NCBI GenBank assembly: GCA_028534125.1
Contig: CM052817.1
Location: forward strand, 18,912,001 to 18,976,000
DNA length: 64,000 bases
Reading direction: 5' to 3'
From: Lama glama
Taxonomy: Eukaryota
Both the position numbers and the translations under genes were made by a program. The notes under the pieces were generated by a model. It made no database searches, had not been told where the DNA came from, and saw only the letters and a list, made by a program, of their open reading frames with translations. This document shows positions 1 to 12,663 of the stretch, one piece after another; position 1 is the stretch's first letter; each line of letters starts with the position of its first letter.

Positions 1-239
1 GTGGTGTTTGGGGGACTCAGGGAAATTTTATTCCACCTTGAGGAATGATGTAATTAAAACTTGGTTGCTGACTGCATTATTAAACAAATCATTGTCTCTT
101 TGGGAAGCAGAATTCTGGAACTTTATCAGAAACAGATATCTATAGGGAAATAGACATTTGAACATTTAAGTAACAATCTTTGATCTTAATTTAAGTTTAT
201 TAATAATTCCTTACATTTTGATCAAAGTTAATATCTTTC

Positions 240-420
240 AAAGTGTTTTCAGGCTTGTGATAACATTTGATCCTTTCAACAATTTGGGTATGTTAGAAAA
301 AATTACTGCTATCTTCAGTTCACAGGCAGAGGAAGAAACCCAGCAGAATTAAACAGTATGTTTCAGGATCAAGATAATATGTTTATGGAGTCAATAATAG
401 AATCCAGTTATGTCTAATAT
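240..420 (-). mobile_element. Degenerate MIR-family SINE fragment
   Basis: Weak match to the reverse-complemented MIR core (tttgatcctttcaacaat...ttcacaggcagaggaagaaaccc). Confidence 0.4.
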
Positions 421-954
421 CCTTTTCAACCAGGATGGATTGTTTCTATTTATATGGAGTCAAGCTTTAAAATGTCCAGTGAGAATTATGTATAAGCCAC
501 ATCTCAAAACATTATAAATTTGATAAAACAAGGTACTTGCGAATTAAGAAAACATTAGTGGGAGAAAAATACATGTGGTATATATTGGAATGTTTTGATT
601 ATCCTAAGTGAATAATACATTTAGTTTTGAGATTCCCAACAATCATGATAAAAAGAAGAAAAATGTAGGTTATGTGTTTCTTATTTTCATTTAAAGGGAA
701 GAATATGATATCACCCAGAGAGGCAATGATTTCTTCATGGAAATTGAACACTAAATGGAATTAATGTATGAATGGTCTGTATGCGCTATAATCTATTTAT
801 AAATTGCATAATTCAGGCGAAATATAACTTGTATAAACAAAACAGATGTATTTGTGTTTTTACAAAATAGAAACATTCCAACATGTTTAAAATGCTATTA
901 TAATATCCTATTTTTTAGCATCAAATGGAATTATACGGCAGTTTCTAATTGTAA

Positions 955-1625
955 TGGTAACATTTATTGACTGTTTGCGTCTAGTACATTGCTCAGAGTA
1001 CTTGACATGCACTAAATCATTTAATCTTCACTGCAGTCTGTGGTATAGGTATTATAGTTCATATTTTACGGAAGGAGAAACTAAAGTGCAAATGTTAAAT
1101 AACTTTCCCAAGGTCACAGAAGTAGTTTGCTAGTTAGTTGTATACAATGCAGTGTAGCAGACAGCTCAGATATATCAGTGATTTACACCCACGATGATTG
1201 CATGATGGCTTTGTAGGTTGGCTACAGCCAAAAATCAACTGAGTTTTGCTGGACTAACCTTAGCCAGCTGGACTCTGAGCTTTAGATTTGGTTCAGATCT
1301 GCTCTACATGTTTCTCATTTGGGGTCCCAGTCAAAAGGAGCACTGGTTCCAGTATGCTGCTCTGATGGAGGGCTGATCTCCTTAAGAGTGATGGTACCAA
1401 CCAGCCATGCCTCTAAAAGCTTTTGTTCATAACTGCCTTATGCATTCCATGAACAAAATGAGCCGTCTACCCAAGCTCAGTGTCCAAGGGACAAGTTTGT
1501 ATGAACTCCTAAAATAAGACTATGGAAGATTGATGAGGACAAAGTGAATTTTAACCAATATGGTAGAGCAAGGCTACAAATCTAGATAACCTGATTTTAC
1601 AGCCAGTACACATTCCACTCCATTC
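955..1625 (-). mobile_element. MIR SINE split into two pieces (about 955-1128 and 1560-1625) by an MLT1 LTR
   Basis: catttattga...atttaatcttcac...attttacggaaggagaaactaaag...cccaaggtcacag matches antisense MIR. It resumes collinearly at tggtagagcaaggctacaaatctagataacctgatttt. Confidence 0.75.
1129..1555 (-). mobile_element. Old MaLR LTR (MLT1I/J-like)
   Basis: MLT1-type blocks: gttcagatctgctctacatgtttctcatt and cattccatgaacaaaatgagcc...ccaagctcag. Confidence 0.6.
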
Positions 1626-1739
1626 AGTTGTTTTTCTGTTATATTCTACTAATATGAATAGATTTATTTATATTTAACTATCCCTACATTTATGAATTAA
1701 ACACCAAATAATGATTTATATTTTATTTTTATACTTTAA

Positions 1740-1890
1740 ATATATTGCTGAATTCTATACTAATACTTTCCAACTTCCATATTTATATTCAAAAGGGAGA
1801 TTGGCCTTTGGTTTTGTTTCTCTATTTAAAGTTAGCTTTTAGCATCTCAGAGTCATGTTTGCTGTGTAGAATAAATTAGATGGCTCCACA
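1740..1890 (-). mobile_element. Old L1 (L1M) ORF2 fragment
   Basis: ttgctgaattc...atattcaaaagggagattggcctt...tagaataaattag resembles antisense L1 ORF2. Confidence 0.55.
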
Positions 1891-2445
1891 TCATTTTATA
1901 CTATTCTAGGAAAAAAACAAAAATAATATGATTGCATGAGAGAAAAAAAATACACGTGAAAGTGTTATGTGAATGTGCTTGGCAATAACCATTAAAAATA
2001 ACATTTAATGTGTAAGCATTCTTAGATTATATTAGATATGGAATACACTCTCATTGTTTTTTTCCTTTCCAAATTAAATAATCCTTCTATTTTAGTTGTC
2101 TTACTTGTTCAATTAATTTATAACCTTATTTTAATGATCCTTTTCATGTGCTAATCCCTGATTATTTCTCTTAAGATGTCTATAATTATCTTTTAGTTGT
2201 CTTCCTTTTATGTCTATAAAACTGTAAAGTTGAACAATTAAAAATTGAGTGTCATTATACCCAATGTGTACACTTATTTTTAACTTCAGCATTTTTGTAT
2301 TATTGAATACATAATACCATGTATAAATACAGCCTTGTGAAATATGAATACATAAACCACAGTTGATCATAACTAGAATTGAAAAAAACATTAAGGAGAA
2401 AATGATCAGATTCACCCAACTATTTTTACTTTTTTTAAAAAGGTG

Positions 2446-2595
2446 GAATTGGTGTGCTGGAGCTGGGGCATACCAACTCAGGAGAGACTCTTCATGCATA
2501 TCTTCCTAACGCTGTAATTAGTAACATCATGTTGGTAGCTTGAAACTGGACATGGTGGGAGTTTTACATCATGAAAATGGCAAACACTATATAAG
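2446..2595 (+). mobile_element. MER63-like hAT-Blackjack DNA transposon fragment
   Basis: Terminal motif tggtgtgctggagctgg plus gttggtagcttgaaactggacatggtgggagttttacatcatgaaaatggcaaacacta, matching the MER63 consensus as I recall it. Confidence 0.7.
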
Positions 2596-4789
2596 TTAAT
2601 GGACCTCCTGGCCCTCTTTGAGCTACAGCTCTCTGTGTCTGCATGTATATTTATGTATCTTTTGAGTTGTGTAGTATTTTCCTACCTCTGTATGTTGTTA
2701 CCAAATTAGATTATATAATCTTTTAAAGGAGCTCTATTTTGATTGGCTTGGAGATAAATAAGTGCTTCTATTCATTGAATATTACTAAAATTCCCCCAAA
2801 TTCTGAGAATTAAATTGCTAATACTTTCAATGTGAAAAAAAAAAGTTTTCCTTTGGAAACTAACTCAAATTATTAAGAATTCAGCTTCACATAATTTAGG
2901 GAATTCTTTGGCTAACAAGTCTTTTTTAGTGTCGTTGGTGTAATACAAACAGTTGTCTTCTGACATATCAATGCCTAGTGAAAAATAAGCATACTTTTAT
3001 TCCACTTAGGTTGTTTCTAAACTTACGGAGATTTACTCTTTTTTTTAATGTGAACTATATTTAAAAAAATTTTTATTAAATTATATGGAGCTTTACTCTT
3101 TGAATAAGCTAGCATTACATCTACTAGGTTTGAAAAATGTAAATGTATACTTAACCAAATTAAAGCATTATTCTGCAAATTTCTTTCAATTATCATATTT
3201 TTTAGTGTGTCAGCTTGAAGATAGTTTCCAAACTCTCTGGGTAGTTTAAAATCCTGAACTTAAGCTAATTTAAGTAAATTAGTGAATCTTCATTAGCTAT
3301 ATGGATCATTTCTAAGGAAGATACAATACAGAAATATTAAGCAATAAGAATAATTTTAAGTTTATAGACTTTTGCCTTTTATTTTTATATCTTACAGAGA
3401 GAGATTTTATATACATTTGTGTCTATTAATGAATGTGCTCATTTTTGCCACCTTGAGAAGTTGCACCTTAACAAGGTATATGGCTGTGAGAAATTCTGAG
3501 ATGTATATTCATAAGCTATGCTCATCTGCTACAAAATGCTGGTATATGTTATGACACAGAGTTCACAATCATTCATCTTTTAGTGTTCTCTATGAAGTAA
3601 AAGTTTCTGTGATTAAAATTCATAGTTGATATATGTGAGGAGAGTGTCACAGGAGCAATGATAGAGTGGAATAACTGTGTGCAAAGTATGAAGGATGCGT
3701 TAAGGAAAAAGAAAGTAGGATTACCCTAAAGTAAAACAACTCATTGTTCCAGAATGAGAAAGAAGAAAGTATTAGATGAAACCTGAATGCATGTAGATAG
3801 TTGTAGAAACCCTGGGGCAAAGGAATTTTATTTGTCTTTGCCAATACTGGCCATGGTTTGATGGGTTTAGCTTTAGTATCAAATATACTGATACAGAATT
3901 AAATTTAGTTTTCTCTCTGTTAAAATGCCAAAGTTTTCTTGGATATTTTTGGCCTCCTCTTAATAAAAGATAGTGAAACATTTTTCTTTGTCTTCTGAGT
4001 AATTTGCCTACAAGGTAAAGAGTCTACATCTTAGAAGAATTTCAGATGAGAGAACAATGTCGTCTCACTTTTGAAAGAGTTAGATTTATTTACAAACATG
4101 GTTCGTCCTACATTTGCTTTTAAAAACTATTTTACTGCCACTTTGGTTGAACAGGTAGCCAAGTAATTTTTCTCAGCAATCCGTGATTCTATTTAATTAA
4201 GTGTTCAAACCTCCTTAAAACTTTTGTTATTTTGCCATCCCCAAATTAAATTATAAATGACAAGATTTTTCCGGAAAATCACAAATGATTTGTTTTTACC
4301 TTATGAAAAGAGACACACTAAAATAATAAAGTTTCTTTGATGTATTACCATTGGTGAGTTGAATTGGAAGCACTATCAAATCAGAAAAAAAAAAGTAGCC
4401 TTTCCTAAGTTAAAGTTGGTGCTATTTGTATAAATATTTCAGAAATGGTATGAAGTTTTTAGTGAACTGTCACTGCCCTTGCTGCCAATGACATCTTTCT
4501 GTTTATGAACCCTGATGATGCTTTGTGTGAAATTAGACAACAGTATAGTGTTATCCTAATTTCAGTTTCTTTTTTAATGTTAACTTGATTGCAACTTTGT
4601 TTCTTTAATTTGAATCTAGCATATTCTAGGCCAGTTATTTTTGATTGGAGATTCATATCATTTGCATATAGAGTTTTATTAATATACAGATGTTTAGGAC
4701 CTATTCCGGACATACTGAATATTTTTACTTGATAATTTTGATACACACTTGGTGTATTCTAATGATATACTGGCTACATTCATGTATTA

Positions 4790-5623
4790 TGCCTCCAGTC
4801 AGACAAGCACCAAGGCCAGAGCACCAAGGCCAGATCCTTTTCTCTATCATCAAATTAATTTCATTCAACTCCCTAAATCACATGGTTTTGAATACGTTTT
4901 AACCATAGTCCTCATGTTTTCAGGGCAGTTAGAATCTTTTCCTTGAAAACAGTTGCTTGCCACCACTAGCACTAAAATTTACTACTTGGGGAATTTCTTT
5001 TTTTCTTCTCTTATGGTGCAGGCATTCACTTCACTGGCAAGGTTATTCAGCATGTTCAACAAGTGTTTCCAGTTTCACAAAAGTGTCCTTACCACAATCA
5101 ATTACCTGGAAAAATAGGTGAGCCAGTAGCAGTCTTAAAGTCAAACTATCCAAACTTTCTGAGGAGTTTAATATGTGTTGACCCAAAGTCTTGCCTTTAG
5201 CTTTGATTACCCTTCGACTACCCCTGCTCTGGTCTACTTAGATAATCTTCTGTAAAATATTACCAAACGGCCCTGCTAGACCTTAGGAAATCTAATCTGA
5301 TCCATTCGGGTATCCTTATGTGATGCCAAGAGTAAATACCTCACTCTTAACGTAAATATGCCAATCATGCCTTTTCTCCATACATCCCACACAGCCCTTA
5401 ACCGATCCTCAGTTTGGAGATCTAGTTTTCTGGAAAAGACGCCAGGGAAAGACCAACCCTGAGTCTCAGTGGAAGGGACCCAAGCTGTCTCCTAACCTTC
5501 AACACTTCTGTCAGACCAGAAGGATTGCAACTTTGGGTTTGTGTTTCACATTCAAAAACATTAAAGGCTAACTCTGAATGGAAATCTACCACAACAGGAA
5601 ACTTTAAACAAAGGCTCTTTTGA
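4790..5623 (+). pseudogene. pol: Class I (ERV1, gamma-like) endogenous retrovirus pol remnant: integrase core and C-terminal GPY/F region, frameshifted with stops
   Basis: Manual translation gives collinear motifs: DPFLYHQINFIQLPKSHGFEYVLTIVLMFSGQLESFP (cf. GPFxxLQxDFIQLP...YVLVIVCMFSGWVEAFP), FTTWGIS, GIHFTGKVIQ, CPYHNQLPGKI (cf. CPYHPQSSGKVE), KLSKLSEEF..*PKVLPLALITLR, GDLVFWKRRQGKTNPESQWKGP, LLTFNTSVRPEGLQLWV. Confidence 0.9.
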
Positions 5624-5798
5624 GAGCCCCCAGAACCAGACACCAGTGAAATAGACTGCTTTTCCATGGCCCATCAAACAGGCAGATGGCATCAAGAAGT
5701 AATCAGCTTCTACCCAAGGAGCTGGAACAGGATCCTCCAGGACTCCCCTACTACTGCCATCTTCCCTCTGTCTCCTCTTCGTCATATTTCTTCATCTT

Positions 5799-5864
5799 TT
5801 TTTTTTAATTGAAATATAGTGAGTTACAGTGTGTCATCTTCTGGTGTATAGCATAATGTCCCAA
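5799..5864 (-). mobile_element. Very short 5'-truncated L1 3' tail inserted in the ERV
   Basis: T-run followed by aattgaaatatagt...ctggtgtatagcataatg (antisense L1 3' end). Probable TSD core ATTTCTTC at 5786-5793 and 5865-5872. Confidence 0.7.
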
Positions 5865-5879
5865 ATTTCTTCTTTTTCA

Positions 5880-6710
5880 TCAACTTCTAACTGAAACCTC
5901 CTCTTATTGTTCAATATCCTTGGATTACTTTTTCCCTTACTTTCTGTTGACCTCCCCTCCAAAGTGGAGAACAAAACTGCCTCATTCAATTTTCTCAAAC
6001 TATTGCTCCCACTCTCAATCTCACTGGTCAGTTGCCCCCAGCCTGACCCACAGAAACAACATTTAATGGCCTTCCTCTCAGCACATAGCAGGGAGATTTT
6101 CCTCTTGATGGCCCATATTGGTATATAAACTGCTTCCACCTCTTCAAGCTCAGTTTCTTGCCACGTAATAGCTAGACTTTAACTCTTCACATAATGGATG
6201 CTTCTCTTGAAATCTCCAAACTCCACGATTCCTCTTCCCTAGGATCAGATATCGGAAAAACACAGAGGTGCTTTCATTTCTGATAACCACCATTTCTTCC
6301 TTTACCACTTCAGTCAGCCTTACAGCCCTCGTTCAGTTCTGTGCAGACTCTGGCCTCCTGAGGTCAATCCCAAACATTATACACCAGTCATTGCCTGTGG
6401 CCCTCCACATGTCTACTTTTGGGGAGGTTGACAAGCCTTATACCTGCCTTTCCTACACCAGTCCCACACTGTGTCTTTGGACTCCTTGACCAGTATTTCC
6501 ACATAGTAAGTCACCCCACCTGTTGACCATGTGTCCTTCTGGGTACTTAAATGAACACCTCAAAGGGAAGCAACAATGGGGTACCTGTGAGAAGTCCCTG
6601 GAGGGGATCACTGGCTCTCTCTTTATTTGCACTTTAAAAACCATCATACCATTATGAAAACTAGTTAGAAAATGTAGTTAAAAACCTTGCTACCTGTTTG
6701 GCTGGAACCT
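5880..6710 (+). pseudogene. env: ERV env remnant (SU and start of TM), disrupted
   Basis: Lies downstream of the integrase. Fragments: hydrophobic leader, LIQFSQTIAPTLNLT, CPQPDPQKQHLMAF, CGPPHVYFW..QA/YTCLS..PTLCL, PGG/ITGSLFICTLKTIIP L*KLVRK (cf. TM LEKMVRNLS). Confidence 0.7.
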
Positions 6711-8229
6711 TTGACACTGACAAAGGATAGTGATTCTTGACTTCCCATTCATGAATTGAACCTTTGAACAGGAATGAAGCTTTTATCATAATACTTTATA
6801 ATAATAAAAGAGTAGAAACAAATACCTCACTCAGATCAAATCACATTACTCTGTTAGACTGGTACTTGGGGGCACTATTTCTGACAAAAAAAAGGATCTA
6901 TTTTTCAAGGGTTTTTTTTTGGACTAGTCACTCTTGTGTGACCTTCTGAGAGCAGTCTTCACACCATAATTTAAAATTAATATTAATAGTAATATTCCGT
7001 TGTCCTAAATTAGAACAGTTTGAATGTAAATATCTACAGTTTTGTTATTGTAATCAGATACTGCTTTTTCAGAAGTGAAATTAAGATGCCACAGAAAGCT
7101 TGCTGGCCCAAGATGAAAACTATTCATGAAGACATTTCTTGAATTTTTAAGCTAACATCCAGTTGATAAAGAATAAAAAAGTATTTCTTTATTTCTGTTC
7201 TTGTATAACAAGTGTGTATTAAATTTATGTTTATAAACATGACACAGAGAACATCTTCAACAAATAATAAAACCTACTTGAGAAGCAGCATTGCATAGTT
7301 TTGAGATCTTTAGTGACAGCAAACAGTGCTTAATCTGGTTTCTTTATTTTTTAAGATTTTTGAGAGTTTAATTGTTTATAGTTCAGCAGAGGTCAGAGCA
7401 TTTCTTTGTGGTATGTCTATATATGTGGTAAAGCCTTAGCCCATTTACCCTTTAATGTAGAGGTTTATTTATAAAAGCTTTCAAGCAGAACTAAAGTACC
7501 GATAATGTCAGCTTCCTTTTTTCTGCTCTTCAGGAACAGTGGTAATTCAAGGGAAGGTGGTTTGTTGTAGAACAAGTGAGTGCTTGAAATTAGCACCCAT
7601 TTGTAAATTGGAGCTGAGAACTTAAAGAAACTTTTATGAAGCATCTTTGTAAATCCTATACAGCTCTTCAAGTTATGACTGTTTCGCGCACCGAGAGTGT
7701 TGAAGCTTTCTAACAATGTGCAGTCTGTGTTATCCAGCGCCCGCTGTGACCCTGTCTTCGTGAACACCTAGTCTTTCTCATTCTCTCTCTGCCACAGTCA
7801 CACCCACACACTTGTAGATTTATGTTCCCCCTTTCTCTGTTTTCTTCCTTCATCTTTTTCTTTCTCTCTTTTTCTGTAGTTTTGCACTCAAACTTTTATA
7901 GATATATTAAGATCAATTTTTCTTTTAAGTTAATAAAAACATTCAAACTATTATGGTTGATAGAACAATGCAACATAAAAATTAAGAATAAAGCAAAATA
8001 ACTTATTTTTATGTCATGGCACCCAGGGTTTTATCCTCATGTGATCACCCACTCCAAAATCTGTACACTAAGGGCAGTACATTCGGGTCCTATTTGTTCA
8101 CGAGCTTCTTGTGTAAGTTCAAGTCCTCCCAAGTCATTAAAACCCAAGGAACATCTACCTAACCAGGTCTGTAATTGGCCCATGAGGAGGAAGAGAAAAG
8201 TCCTATATGTAACATATTATTTCATTTAA

Positions 8230-8770
8230 ACTGTTCAGGCTTTTATTAGAAACCTCAAATGGCAGATAATGAGGATACAGAAATCATACCAGTAATTTGA
8301 ACAGGAAATAGTATTAAATGGGGAAAGGAGGATTCTGTGGGGTGCAGAGTAGTGATTGACCAAGCAGTCATTATTCCTAGGCTGAGGGAGAGTCAACAGG
8401 GAAGGGATTTAGGAAATTGAAAAAGAGCCAAGGCCCCAAAACTGATAATCAACCTCTGGGAAGATGAATGACTGCTGGAGAAACATGTAACCTGGTGGAA
8501 AAGAGACCGGGTGGAGGCTGAGACTTGATCAAACGTCGGAGGGCAGGAGCTGCAGCTGGAATACAAGAGCAGCGGGATGTCTGGTGGAGGAATGAAAGGG
8601 CTGGGCCTGAGCTCTGAGGGCTGCCGCTGAGGGCTTGAGAAACTCGTGGAAGGGACAGACCAAGGACACTGGCCACACACGGACACTCTGGAGGGCTTGC
8701 CAGAAAACACATTGGAGGAAGGAAGGGAAGTCCCCTGTTTTGCCCTGGGCACCCTTCTACACACACATTT
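8230..8770 (-). mobile_element. Ancient ERVL-type solo LTR (family uncertain)
   Basis: Starts with acagaaatcataccagtaatttgaacagg, like antisense ends of old ERVL LTRs, followed by a purine-rich GC-elevated body. Confidence 0.5.
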
Positions 8771-9289
8771 GCGCTCTTAAGAGCACATTTGTACTGTCAG
8801 ACAACAGTAAAACAACTGTACGTGTCTACCTAAGAGGAAGCTATCCTTCATATTTGCAAAGCACTGAGCCCCTCCCTCGAGTGAAGGTACAGATGCCTCC
8901 ATGTCATTGTGCCCATTGATGGTTATGTTCATGTCTATTCAGATTCATTCACAGTCTCACTGGGTATCCCATCACCTAAAGATTATATTATAAAGTTAAT
9001 ATCCAACAACTTCTATAAAATAGCACAAGAAAGAAGGAGAAATATTTTCCTACACATGATTTTTAAAAAATCCCATATATTGTCTTCTAAAATAGGATAA
9101 TTTTGTGTATGTATTTTAGTATTTAATCTGTTCATGCTCATATATAGGAGTCTATGCCCACTAAAAAAATCTTTTGAAATTATTGATCTCATGTAGATTT
9201 TCAGTTTTATTTTCATAGAGTTCTTAAATCTGTTTCTTTGTTTCTTACTTGTTTGCTTTCTTCTTTTCTTTTTCTTTCCTAATGTTCCT

Positions 9290-10200
9290 AACTAACTTTA
9301 CTAATTTCTGTTACTAGTTCCTTGCAGACATTTCTTAGATTTGTATACATGTGTGAACCCATTTCTGGACTGTCTCTATTTTTTATAAAATTATAGTCCC
9401 TAATAGTTTGTTGATTTATATTCACTTTTATTCAAAGATTCAGCTTTTTGATAAAATTTTTTCTTTCTAGCTTATTGTCTAATTCTTTTAATTTTATTAA
9501 ACATTTTATGTAGTTTTTTTTTACCCCTTTTCTTGTATTGTTCTTCAAGCTTGTTTGAACTTTTTTTTTTCTTCTACTGATACAAATATTTAGTGCTTTG
9601 AATTTTCTTCTGAGCACTTCCTCAGCTATTACATAAAAATTCTCTTGGGTTAGAATTTCCTTATCCTTACAATCTAGGCCATCCATAATTTTATCCTGGA
9701 CCCAAAAGTTGTTTAATAAGAAATCTGTCTACCAATCTGTCTAGCTAGCTAGCTATCATCTTCCGAACAGAAAGTTTTAAATTATTTAATAGTTTATTGC
9801 ATTGTGTTCAGGAAATACTGAATGTTATTATTTCTCTTTTTCTGAATTTAATTGCCTTTGCCTTTCTGGCCCAATATATCTGCCTGGACAATTTTGGTAA
9901 CTATTCCATGTGCCGTTGAAAAGAACTGCTTTTTTTTATTTTCAGTGTAGAGTAGGTAATAGATACATCAGGGTTTGAGGATGTATGGTTGTGTGTGCAC
10001 ATGTGTTACATTTATCTTATTGACTGTCTTATTTAGGTTCTCTATATTTTCATGCCTCTAAAGTCTACTTGAATTATCTAAGGCTGGTAACTGTTACTGG
10101 TGTGTCTTTTTCTCTGTTTTCCTGTTCCCTCCTAGTTTCCACTGCATGAATTTCGCCGCTGAGCTATTTCAAAAAATCTATCCTGCCACTGTGATCCTGG
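9290..10200 (-). mobile_element. Old L1M ORF2 (N-terminal part) fragments
   Basis: ORF 9432-9686(-) NFYVIAEEVLRRKFKALNICISRRKK resembles L1 ORF2 NLWDAAKAVLRGKFIALNAYIKK. Confidence 0.7.
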
Positions 10201-10529
10201 CTGGAGATAGTTTTATATTGATTTTTTGTGTTTTGTAGGAAATAGTGCACATGAAAAATTTTTTTTATATTTGTAACCACACATTTTAAGCTGTGTTTTA
10301 TTGAAAATGTTTTCCCTTTCTACAGTGATCTGAAATATTTTCTCTCATATGTTAAAAATTTCCATTTATATGCGTAAGCTCTAGGCTTTCTCTTCTATTT
10401 AATTATCAATTTATCTGTTCTGCAAAAGCTCACAGTATAAATCCTACAGCATCTAACAAATTATTACTAGTTTATTATAAATATCTTCACTCCTTGGGCT
10501 TATCTGTTAACATTTTCTTAAGTCACATT

Positions 10530-10950
10530 TTGTGAGCTTTCAGCAGATAGAGGCTAATTCTCCGCCTTTTGAATCTGGATAGGCTTTGGCTTGTTTTGGT
10601 CAAAATAACATGGTGCAAGCAGCACTGTGGAGTTCTGAGGCCAGGCCTCAAGCAGGCTCATCTGTTCTCTCTCTCAGAACACTGCCACTGAAATGTGTGC
10701 ACAGCCACACCCACCTGCTGGGTAAGGAGAGATACAAGGCTCCAGCAGCATCGCTGCCCCAGCCAATAGCCAGCTAGCCGTTGATTCAGCAGATGACCCA
10801 GGATGTATCAGTCAGCTCAACTCAGATCAGCCGAGTGTGCCGGATCAGCTGAACTTCCTAGCTGACTCCTGTACTCGCAATTAACAAGACATCTTTGTTT
10901 CAAACTGCTAAATGTTGAGGTGGGTTTAACTCTGCAATAGATTAATATAG
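10530..10950 (+). mobile_element. MaLR LTR (MLT1F/G-like)
   Basis: ccttttgaatctgga...ttgttttggtcaaaa...ttctgaggccaggcctcaag, and MLT1-type 3' end ctgctaaatgttgaggtgggtttaactctgcaatagattaat. Confidence 0.75.
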
Positions 10951-11079
10951 TAAAATTTAATTAGTGTTATTTACCAAACTTTTGTGCTCTGCGCAATTTC
11001 TTTTTTAAATTTAAAATTTGTTTGACTATTTAAATAAAATGGCATAAAACATTAGTTCATGTTTTCCAAAAGCTTTGAC

Positions 11080-11600
11080 ATATGCCTTTCTCATCTAAGA
11101 TTTAAATAAGCTGGAATTGATTTTTCGTGTAACATGTGAGATTGGTCCCCAATTTAATTTTTTTAATATGGAGAGTTAATTGTCCCTGCAAAATTTAATT
11201 GAGGATTTCTTTACTCATGTATAACGCTACCTCTTTTATATATTAAATCTGTGTATAAGTTTTGGGCATTTTTGTCCTCTCCATTTTGTTCTATTTATTC
11301 TTTATTTTTCTGTTCCTACGCCAATAACACCACCCACCACCACCCTACTGTTCTTGCTGTTTTGAGCCATTTTATTCTATACATAAATACAGAATTAGTT
11401 TATCGAGTTCTTCAAACAATCCTGGTGTCATTTCGGTTGAATATGAATCACATTAATTACGAAAATGTTGCTGTTGTTCCAATTGCCTTTTAGCTTTTAG
11501 AAACAAATGTGTTTGATATTTGTTTCCTGGTCAGTTTCTCAAGATTTTTTTCTTAATCTGTATTCCATGTGTGCTTACAATAAATTATATACCAAAATAT
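11080..11600 (-). mobile_element. Highly decayed L1M fragments
   Basis: ctggaattgatttttcgtgtaacatgtgag...ttaattgtccctgcaaaatttaattga resembles antisense L1 ORF2 3' region. Confidence 0.5.
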
Positions 11601-11789
11601 TTTTCATTTATCATTCATCTTACTAGTCTTAAGTTTTTCTTAAAAATATAATTTGTCACATATTCCAAGAAGCATGTTTGGTCATCTACTTTATTATTTA
11701 CATATCCTCTACTTAATGCTCCTGGTGCTAGCAATTTGCCTGTTTCTTTTCTTATTCATTCTTTATTTCTCCTTGCTTCTCACCTGCAT

Positions 11790-12150
11790 TTTAGAGAATC
11801 ATATTTCAAAGGATGGATTTATAGTTGGCTTCCAAGTAGGTCCAGCCAATGAGAAGAGAGAAGCAGGATATTTTCATCTCTTCTTCTGTCTCAGCAAGCA
11901 GTTCTGATGTGGGCTCTTTCTGGCCTCTGTAACTCTAGTTATTTCTCTCCATACTCTCACATCCCAGCAGGCCACTCTCCTCTCCCTGAATGTGGTTCTA
12001 GATCTCCTCAGTTGGCCCTGGTTTCTGGGGTATCCTTCTAACCTTGATTTGGATGTGGCTTTCTGATGCTTTTAATAGCAAGGCTATCTCACTGAAACTC
12101 TTGGTTATTCAGTGCAGTAGCCAGCTGACTATTCAAATCTCTCTGTTGAA
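11790..12150 (+). mobile_element. LTR33-like ERVL LTR fragment
   Basis: taggtccagccaatgagaag...ggatattt...ggctttctgatgct...ttcaaatctctctgttgaa pattern. Confidence 0.5.
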
Positions 12151-12352
12151 GATTAATTGACTGTAGGTGTGTGGGTTTGTTTCTGGGCTCTCTATTCTGT
12201 TCCATTGATCACATGACTGTTTTTGTGCCAAGACCATACTGTTTTGATTACTGTAGCTCTGTAGACTATTGTCTGAAGTCTGGGAGGGTTATGCCTCCAG
12301 CTTCAATCTTTTCCGTCAGGATTTGCTTTGGCAGTTCTGGGTTTTTATGATT
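12151..12352 (-). mobile_element. L1 ORF2 fragment (relatively well preserved)
   Basis: gtgtgggtttgtttctgggctctctattctgttccattgatc...ccatactgttttgattactgtagctctgtag is a canonical antisense L1 segment. Confidence 0.9.
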
Positions 12353-12364
12353 GAATGTTCCTAA

Positions 12365-12585
12365 TCAGTTTATGGCCCCAGTGGTTTCTGCAGGAGAAAA
12401 GGAGATCTTGGCTGTGTCTGTGGATCCTCCTCTCTCTTCAGACTTCAGGGATGGCAGTTTGTCTAGTGACCTCAGTTATCTGATAGGTCCAAGGAAAACT
12501 GAGTTTTAGTTTATTCAGATTTTTCCTGGTTGTAAGTGTGGGAATGACAGTTTCCAAGCGTTTTATATTTTGGAGGTCTAAACCT
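12365..12585 (-). mobile_element. L1M 5'-end (5' UTR) fragment
   Basis: gacctcagttatctgataggtccaaggaaaa...tttagtttattcagatttttcctggttgtaag...ttccaagcgttttatat matches an old L1M 5' terminus. Confidence 0.65.
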
Positions 12586-12663
12586 TTTTTTGATAACTTA
12601 TATTTGTCTTTCACGAACGACAGGAATATATGTCAACTCTGTATCACTTGGTGGAATGAAGAA

